Below, piece by piece: positions 57,280-64,000 of a stretch of DNA of 64,000 nt. The DNA comes from a virus. The number at the start of each line of letters is the position of its first letter. Positions within the stretch are counted from its first letter, which is position 1. The stretch is taken from positions 1 to 64,000 of IMG/VR virus record IMGVR_UViG_3300016469_000571; one strand, written 5' to 3'. Made by a program: the position numbers and the translations under genes. Below the pieces are notes generated by a model. That model was not told where the DNA came from and did no database searches. It saw only the letters and a program-made list of their open reading frames with translations.

Positions 57280-60200
57280 TCAAATGAATAAATTGTCTGT
57301 TAATTCAGGACTAATTAGTAATGGCTCGTTATTAAATCCTGCTTTTTTCAAAAATACAGTAATTTGAACTTTTGTAGACAAAGTTGGTTTTGTTACGTCT
57401 TTTGTTATATTTGTAAAATTTAATCTTAACAAACCTGTTAATTGATCAACATAAACCCCCATTTTAGGATCAACAATAATACCTTCATCTAATAAGTCAT
57501 ATCCATCTAATATAGGAGAAAAGGCTTGCATAGAAACATCAAATCTAACTTGATTATTTAATAAAGCCGTTGACTGAACATAAGTACAATCAGCAAACTT
57601 CATTGCTTTAAATCCTGAAATTGTTTTACCATTAGCATACTCATAAACAAAGTTGCTAAATATATTAATTGATTTCTCTGTACCTAGAAAATTATCTGGT
57701 ACTTCTATTGTAATAGAACCAACTTCAAAATCTACTTTAAAATAATCTTTATTTGTATTTAAAATCTGACCACCAACAATTAAATTACCAGGTACATATT
57801 TATTAACTACTCCTGGATCAAAGCTTAATTCTAATGGATAAGATACTTCAATTGGACAATTATCATCACATGTAAATTCATTAAACCCACTTGTTTCAAT
57901 AATTGCATTTGGAACATATACTAATTTTGATTTTGTTATTATAAAATAATCTTTCCATAATAACTTTGGATCAGCAAAGGCTGAAACATTTGAACTAGAA
58001 AAATCTCTATTTTGCAGACTTGTATTTAATTCAAAAATATCTGGTAATAAATGCAAATTTGATCTTACAGAATAATAATCATCGTGCCTATCAACAAATG
58101 ATTCTAACTGTATTTTTAATACATCAAATGTTGTTCCTATTTTATTATATGGATTTGTTGTTGGAGCTGGATAAGATAATGTTGGAAATGAAGTTACTTC
58201 TGACCTAGTTAAATAACTTTCAATTAAATAACCATCATATCCATCAATTAAAAAGTCACCATTTACATTACATCTTAATAATGACAATAAAACATTATTA
58301 TCTAAATATTTTTTTCTTATATTTATATTAGTACCATCTAAACCAATGATCTCATATCTTCCTTGATTTTGCAAATTAGATGGATCATAAATTACTAAAT
58401 GATAATCAGCTAAAGCTGGAAAAGATGAAAAATCTATATTGGCGCTAGAGAATTCACTGTCTGTGTTATTTGTAGGTAGTAAAACACCATCAAACTCTAC
58501 AACAACAATTGTATCTGTATTATCAATTAATTCAAAATTTAAAGTATTAGCAGAAACACATGTGTTAGTTAAAAAACTATAACCATTTACACATGTAGTT
58601 GTGATTGTATCTGTTGTAATGACACTATCTAATGGAGGACTAATATTTAAATCAAAATCTAAATATTTAGACAATTCAGAATAATCTGATTCATCTACTA
58701 TACAGTCTCCATTCCAATCTCCATAAGTCATTGTAAGTTTTTTAGCATCACCTACTCTATAATAAAGATTTGGGTTTGATAAATCAGGAGTGAATTTTGA
58801 GCCAATCAATTCTCCATTTACAAATGCAGATAACAACTCAGATAAATACCCATCTTTTCTAGGATCTGTATTATCTTCTAATAATGGAATATAAATTTCA
58901 TTATTTAATATTGTCCAATATTTTAAAACTAAATTATAATTGGTTGTGGATTCTATTTTTTTATTTTTATCAGAGATAACGCCAAGTTTTAAACTTGAAT
59001 TAAAAGAATCTAAATTAGAGGTTTCTATTGTAGACAATAAATCTACTGTTGGTGTTTTTTGTTGCTTTGAATTAGTAGTAGTTCCAGTTCTTTTATTTTC
59101 TACTAAATCACTATATTCTGTTGTTGAAGTAACAACAGCAGTAAAAACATCATTACCATTAAATGATAAACTATCTAAACTATAATCTACATTCACACCA
59201 TTTAATTCTTTTACTTTTGGTATTTCTATACCAAAACCATCTTCATATATTTTTGCAGAAGATACTTTTGCATTATCTGAATATATTTCAAACCATAAAT
59301 CTTCAGATTGAATATCCGTCCAATAATTACCATTAAATATGGTAACTCTTGAATTGTTTGTTAAATCTTGACCTGTATAAATTTTAAAATCACATTTTGT
59401 TGCAGATCCAGATCTTTTAATTGTAAAAGCATAGTATTTGTCTTTTTCAATCTTTTTTGTAGCTACAGTTGTGTTGCTTAATACAAAATCAATTGGTTGA
59501 GATGTATTGCTTAATGCAAAACCTTTTTCTAATAAAGAATTATAATTAAATGTTAATTGAGCTAATGGAGTTGGAATTGGATCAAATTCTATTTCTAAGT
59601 TTGGAGCCAAATCTGTAGGACATGATATTGTTGATTGTAAAGGATAAATAGTAAAAACCAAATCTCCTTCCCACTCTAAATCCAATTCATCTCCTGGATC
59701 ATTATTCTCTACAGATAACAACAATCTAATTTTTTGTATATTATCTGAATTTGATTTAAATTTTTGACCAATTTCTGTTGTAATATCGTTTTTAGCTAGC
59801 TCTCTTGAAGAATACTCTGTAGTATATATAGCTAATGAAGAAACATCATAATTTGGCAATGCTGCATTTAGTAATGATGTTAAGTCTACTGTTGATGTGC
59901 TAAAAAAATCTCTCCAAAATAAATTTGGTTGTAGATTTTGAGAAACGGTTAAACAATCTCTTGACAATACCCCAGATAATGCTTCATATACTCTTAAAGT
60001 TCCACCTAAATTTAATGAAAGAGTATTTGCAAACATATCGTTAATTAATATAGATATTATTTGCTTAAAATGTAATTTTGAAAATTGAGATTCATTTTTA
60101 TGAAACTTAAATGTTTCATAAATTAATTCTCCATTAAAGTTTAATCCAAAGATTGCAACCTTAACTGTTCTTAATCCAAAAACATCTGAGTCTTCTAAGT

Positions 60201-60465
60201 TAACTTCTAATTGATTACCATAGTCAGAATCAGATGGTTGAGTAGATGGGGATAATGGAGTACCATCTAAATTTCCAACAATTGTACTAGAATCAAATAG
60301 TTTTATTTTGCTTAAATTATCTGGCAAAATGCCTTGACCTATATGATTGTAGGTCAAACCAGATGCTACTGTATTTATATAATTTTGTTCAGTAGATAAA
60401 TCATCATTATCTACTTGTTGTCCATTTAACCAAATGTTTTGTTTGCTTGTAACGTCTTTTCGCAT
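57280..60465 (-). CDS. Large virion structural protein (baseplate/tail-like) with dockerin-like motifs
   Basis: About 1060 aa, acidic and beta-rich; GDWNGDCIVDESD and NVNGDFLIDGYD. Confidence 0.55.
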   Translation of the reverse strand: MRKDVTSKQNIWLNGQQVDNDDLSTEQNYINTVASGLTYNHIGQGILPDNLSKIKLFDSSTIVGNLDGTPLSPSTQPSDSDYGNQLEVNLEDSDVFGLRTVKVAIFGLNFNGELIYETFKFHKNESQFSKLHFKQIISILINDMFANTLSLNLGGTLRVYEALSGVLSRDCLTVSQNLQPNLFWRDFFSTSTVDLTSLLNAALPNYDVSSLAIYTTEYSSRELAKNDITTEIGQKFKSNSDNIQKIRLLLSVENNDPGDELDLEWEGDLVFTIYPLQSTISCPTDLAPNLEIEFDPIPTPLAQLTFNYNSLLEKGFALSNTSQPIDFVLSNTTVATKKIEKDKYYAFTIKRSGSATKCDFKIYTGQDLTNNSRVTIFNGNYWTDIQSEDLWFEIYSDNAKVSSAKIYEDGFGIEIPKVKELNGVNVDYSLDSLSFNGNDVFTAVVTSTTEYSDLVENKRTGTTTNSKQQKTPTVDLLSTIETSNLDSFNSSLKLGVISDKNKKIESTTNYNLVLKYWTILNNEIYIPLLEDNTDPRKDGYLSELLSAFVNGELIGSKFTPDLSNPNLYYRVGDAKKLTMTYGDWNGDCIVDESDYSELSKYLDFDLNISPPLDSVITTDTITTTCVNGYSFLTNTCVSANTLNFELIDNTDTIVVVEFDGVLLPTNNTDSEFSSANIDFSSFPALADYHLVIYDPSNLQNQGRYEIIGLDGTNINIRKKYLDNNVLLSLLRCNVNGDFLIDGYDGYLIESYLTRSEVTSFPTLSYPAPTTNPYNKIGTTFDVLKIQLESFVDRHDDYYSVRSNLHLLPDIFELNTSLQNRDFSSSNVSAFADPKLLWKDYFIITKSKLVYVPNAIIETSGFNEFTCDDNCPIEVSYPLELSFDPGVVNKYVPGNLIVGGQILNTNKDYFKVDFEVGSITIEVPDNFLGTEKSINIFSNFVYEYANGKTISGFKAMKFADCTYVQSTALLNNQVRFDVSMQAFSPILDGYDLLDEGIIVDPKMGVYVDQLTGLLRLNFTNITKDVTKPTLSTKVQITVFLKKAGFNNEPLLISPELTDNLFI

Positions 60466-60473
60466 ATTTGCTC

Positions 60474-63400
60474 TCAAATATAATTTAAGAATATCCTGGA
60501 ATTTGCTGGCTTAAGTATTTTTAAAAGCTTCTCCATAATAAGCTTGCTTTGAGGATTATCTTTTAATATATTAAAAGAATCAAATATATCTAACGTAAAC
60601 TCAAAAATACCTGACTTTTTGTTTATTAACAAACAAAAATCTTCAAATAAATTATACTCTATATCTGAATCAAGTAAATATGTAGTATACAAATCTTTTA
60701 CAACAGGCAAGCTATTAACTCCTAAATAGCTTATATCTATTGATTCATTTAAATACTTAAATGAATTTCTATATTTGTTAGACAGTCTTAAATTATCTAA
60801 AGATATATTTCCATAATTTCTTGAGCTAAAATCAGAGCCCAATGTAAAATAATTTATTGTATCTTTAAAAGATATTTCTTTATCAAAGAAATACCCATCA
60901 TAACCGTCTCCTAATATAGTAGACTCAAAATAATTATTAAAGTAAATAGAACCTTCATAACTTATTTGCGAATGTCTATAACCATCTATAAACAATAATA
61001 AATTCTCATTGCTAGAGTTAAACTTATAAGAGGCTTTTACTCTATGCCAAGAATTTTTTTCCCAAACAATTGGAGCTTTTATTGCATAAAGTTTATTGCT
61101 AGCTGTAATTTCAAAATTTAAATTGCTATTTGCATCTTTATAAATAGAGATTCTATCTCCGTTTGTTCCTTTTGGAATATAAATTACTTTTACTTTTGTA
61201 TTATTTTGAGGTAATGGTTTGCCTAGTTTTATTACTTGCTCATTTATTGTTGTTTGAGTCTTAGGCTTGTAAGATACAATAACTTGAACATTGTTATTTG
61301 GTAAGTTTTTATTCAAATAAATGGTTTTACCATCACTTGAAATTGAACCACCATCAAAATAATCTGTATTTAAAAAGTTATTTATTTTTACATATAAAAC
61401 TTGTAATGCTGGATTTGTAATAACTACTTTATTAGATGATGTAGATGTTACTACTTCATTTACAGAATCTTTTCTTACATAGTCTATTGATCCACCAGAA
61501 AAATAATCAAAATCTGAGTCTAATGTTTTTACAGAAATAATTTGATCTGCTTTAGAAGATAAACTAATTAATTTTTTATTTGTTGATATTAACTCTTCTT
61601 CTATTAACGAAGTAGCATCAAAATAATATCTTGTATTAAAATCATACAAAGTATCATAAATTGGACTTATCCAAAACTCTATTGTTCCTTCTTTTTTTGA
61701 ATCCAAATAACCTAAATTGGTTATGTTTAAAGATCTATCTTTTAAATAAATAGAATTATTAAATTCTGAGTTTACAGAATTATTTGAATAAATAATATTG
61801 TTGTCTTTTAAAGCAACATAATAATTAGCTTCATTTTCAAATGGAAACGAATTAAATTTACTTAAAAATGTAAGATTTTTAGAAAGCTTTGTTCCTTTAA
61901 TAGAATTAAAGTTTTTAGTAACCGAATCATTATCAGTTAAATATTCTCCTGTTCTTACATCAGTAAGAGCTATATTATATACAGCTAATTCGTTTATTAT
62001 TGAATTACAATGATTTTGAGATAAATAGTCAGTACCTACATGAACTAACTCTCCAAAATCATAGTCAATACTTAAATAAGCTGGATAGCTAAATTCATAA
62101 AAACCTTTTCTTAATAAATATTGTTGACCTGGATAATCTAATGGTTCAAAATAAAAGAACCCATTTCCAATTCCAGATGCATTATCTACTGTTTTATAGA
62201 TTTTATAAATACCATTTGTAAAACTATTTATTGGTAATGGATATCCTGTAGATAATGGATCTAACTCTAATAAATAACCATCTACATTTGTTATTTTATA
62301 AAAACCAGCCATTGTTATAGGATCTTCTATTACAAGAGTGTCTCCTATATTACCTAGTGAAAAGTTATTGCTATAATCAACAACAGTTGTATCGTTAAAC
62401 TTTTCTAAGTTAGATCCAGAACTAACTACATAACTATATTTAAGCACTGGTGTATAATAGCTAACTTCTGGTTCAAAAATATTTTCAAACTCTGAAACTT
62501 TTATACTGCATAAAGCTTTAGTTGGATTTATACAATCTGCTAGTATTTTTACTTTACTAACAGAAATAAATAAATTAGTTGTATTTAATGACCCATAATC
62601 ATTAAATGATAGTATCTCAGATGTAGAAGAATATCCAACATAACCAAAAACTTCAACTGTTAATGGATTTGTAAAATCTACATTTGTACCAGAAATTTCT
62701 ACTTTTATTACTCTACCAGATTGTGAATTTATTGGATTATCTGTTAGTATTTCACTATCGTATGTGTTTCCTAGTATTGTTGAATTGCTTGAGCTAATAA
62801 GTGTATTGTTAAGCAACAACTTATAAATCTCTACGTCAGAAATAGATGTAGGTCTTGGAAGTTGAGTTTTTATTATATTAGATAAATTATCAGACCATTG
62901 ATAATATTTTGCTTTTACTACTTCATGATTTAATCCAAGACTTGTCGCAAACAACAATTCATTTGAATTTAATCCATTTTTAATGGTTATTGTATTTTTA
63001 CTTAGTTCATAATCAGATATTTCTGCTCTAGGACTTCGCAATTCAGTTTCTTCTGTAGAATAAATAAAGAATTCTACACCAGAGCTAGAAACATTTATTG
63101 TAGAATCTAATTCTAATTGATTAACATTAACAGATATTATTGTATAATAATCTTCTAAACCAGAATAATTAATTCTAATTAAATCACCAACAGAAACTAT
63201 ATTTGTAAAATCATTTGTTGATAACACAATATTTGTATTATTTAATGTAAGATCATTGTCTGTAAAATAATAAGATAATTTATAAAAGTAATTATTTGTG
63301 TTTAAATAATATCTTCCATATCCATCAAAATTAGTTTGATTTACAGAGAATTCTAGATTTGTTAATGAAACCGGCATATTTGTATCAAGAGTTAAATCTT

Positions 63401-64000
63401 GACCAGATACAGATAGTATTTGATATCCATTTTCATTAAATAAATCATTTTTAATAAAAATTGAATCTCCAGGAGAGATATTAAAAGCAGAAAAATTAAT
63501 TAATGAACTTACAATTGGAGAGCCAATTGTTGTTTCCAAATCAACGGAGCCAACAATATCTTTTCCTGCCACTCCAACGAAAGTCTCTTTGGCTGTGGTT
63601 CGGAAGTCTTGTCGGATGTAATTTCTAATATTGCTAGAATAAGTTAAGGAATTCTGAACCTCGGTGCCATCTACGAAGAGGTGTAGCTCGTCTCTCGAAA
63701 GTTTAGAATTCAATTTCCAGCTAACGTATACTTGATGATTCTCTCCAAAATTCCAACTAGAAATATCTGTTGAAATTGAATGTTTTTTACTATTATTATC
63801 TATTACTTCAAATACTAAATAACCTGATTTATCTTTATAAATAGAAAATCTATTTTTATCTTTTTTAATATCTATAAAGTATTTTTTACTATCAGCTATA
63901 AAACCATACAATTCATTCTTGTATGAAGAATTTGTTACTATTGTTAGTTTTGAATTCGTAGATAAAACACTTGTTGGATAACCATCCATTACTTTAAAAT
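60474..64000 (-). CDS. Large virion protein with LamG/ConA-like domains; probably truncated at the window edge
   Basis: EGTIEFWISP, WHRVKASY, LFIDG, LDNLRLS; the frame stays open past ATG 63989 to the window end. Confidence 0.6.
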   Translation of the reverse strand, partial: FKVMDGYPTSVLSTNSKLTIVTNSSYKNELYGFIADSKKYFIDIKKDKNRFSIYKDKSGYLVFEVIDNNSKKHSISTDISSWNFGENHQVYVSWKLNSKLSRDELHLFVDGTEVQNSLTYSSNIRNYIRQDFRTTAKETFVGVAGKDIVGSVDLETTIGSPIVSSLINFSAFNISPGDSIFIKNDLFNENGYQILSVSGQDLTLDTNMPVSLTNLEFSVNQTNFDGYGRYYLNTNNYFYKLSYYFTDNDLTLNNTNIVLSTNDFTNIVSVGDLIRINYSGLEDYYTIISVNVNQLELDSTINVSSSGVEFFIYSTEETELRSPRAEISDYELSKNTITIKNGLNSNELLFATSLGLNHEVVKAKYYQWSDNLSNIIKTQLPRPTSISDVEIYKLLLNNTLISSSNSTILGNTYDSEILTDNPINSQSGRVIKVEISGTNVDFTNPLTVEVFGYVGYSSTSEILSFNDYGSLNTTNLFISVSKVKILADCINPTKALCSIKVSEFENIFEPEVSYYTPVLKYSYVVSSGSNLEKFNDTTVVDYSNNFSLGNIGDTLVIEDPITMAGFYKITNVDGYLLELDPLSTGYPLPINSFTNGIYKIYKTVDNASGIGNGFFYFEPLDYPGQQYLLRKGFYEFSYPAYLSIDYDFGELVHVGTDYLSQNHCNSIINELAVYNIALTDVRTGEYLTDNDSVTKNFNSIKGTKLSKNLTFLSKFNSFPFENEANYYVALKDNNIIYSNNSVNSEFNNSIYLKDRSLNITNLGYLDSKKEGTIEFWISPIYDTLYDFNTRYYFDATSLIEEELISTNKKLISLSSKADQIISVKTLDSDFDYFSGGSIDYVRKDSVNEVVTSTSSNKVVITNPALQVLYVKINNFLNTDYFDGGSISSDGKTIYLNKNLPNNNVQVIVSYKPKTQTTINEQVIKLGKPLPQNNTKVKVIYIPKGTNGDRISIYKDANSNLNFEITASNKLYAIKAPIVWEKNSWHRVKASYKFNSSNENLLLFIDGYRHSQISYEGSIYFNNYFESTILGDGYDGYFFDKEISFKDTINYFTLGSDFSSRNYGNISLDNLRLSNKYRNSFKYLNESIDISYLGVNSLPVVKDLYTTYLLDSDIEYNLFEDFCLLINKKSGIFEFTLDIFDSFNILKDNPQSKLIMEKLLKILKPANSRIFLNYI

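Noticed and set aside
1157-59185. Antisense or nested ORFs in the track (e.g. 1157-1651, 1670-2284, 5368-5568, 8802-9113, 19206-19406, 27112-27441, 55564-55806, 58940-59185)
   Set aside because: They are shadows of well-supported genes, with low-complexity F/S/L/I-rich translations and no motifs.
1-64000. Active alternative genetic code (TAG or TGA as sense)
   Set aside because: Conserved genes are full length under the standard code, TGA is used at true gene ends, and no in-frame TAG interrupts genes.
1-64000. tRNA, rRNA or other structured RNA genes
   Set aside because: No cloverleaf or GC-rich intergenic stretch was recognised, and intergenic space is minimal; a covariance-model scan would be needed to exclude them.

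Overview
Very AT-rich (roughly 25% GC by eye), gene-dense segment of what is most likely a large (jumbo) bacteriophage genome. Evidence: Shine-Dalgarno motifs, ATGA gene overlaps, a sigma factor, DnaB helicase and loader, PhoH, a tubulin/FtsZ-family protein, release factor 2, many nucleotide-metabolism genes (dut, thyA, folA, IMPDH/GMPR, class Ia RNR), homing endonucleases, glycosyltransferases and large virion-type proteins. The standout feature is the ribonucleotide reductase alpha subunit. It is broken into three separate genes (42593-41004, 40949-39969, 39031-38384), each junction carrying half of a split intein, so a ~783-aa NrdA must be built by two trans-splicing reactions. The two intein pairs have opposite charge polarity, which suggests built-in orthogonality. 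Other signals: two startless, back-to-back alternative C-terminal modules for fibre-like proteins joined at a 14-bp overlap; a phage RF2 together with no TAG stop in about 79 genes; shared N-terminal (K-[ILM]-[AS]-Q) and C-terminal (ENLIFL-like) motifs across unrelated proteins; a DGY tripeptide enriched in virion proteins next to a glycosyltransferase cluster; three kinase-like genes and a SET-domain gene; short GC3-rich patches; and a strongly G-skewed, repeat-bearing left end. All calls are from motif recognition and hand counts; no database search was run.
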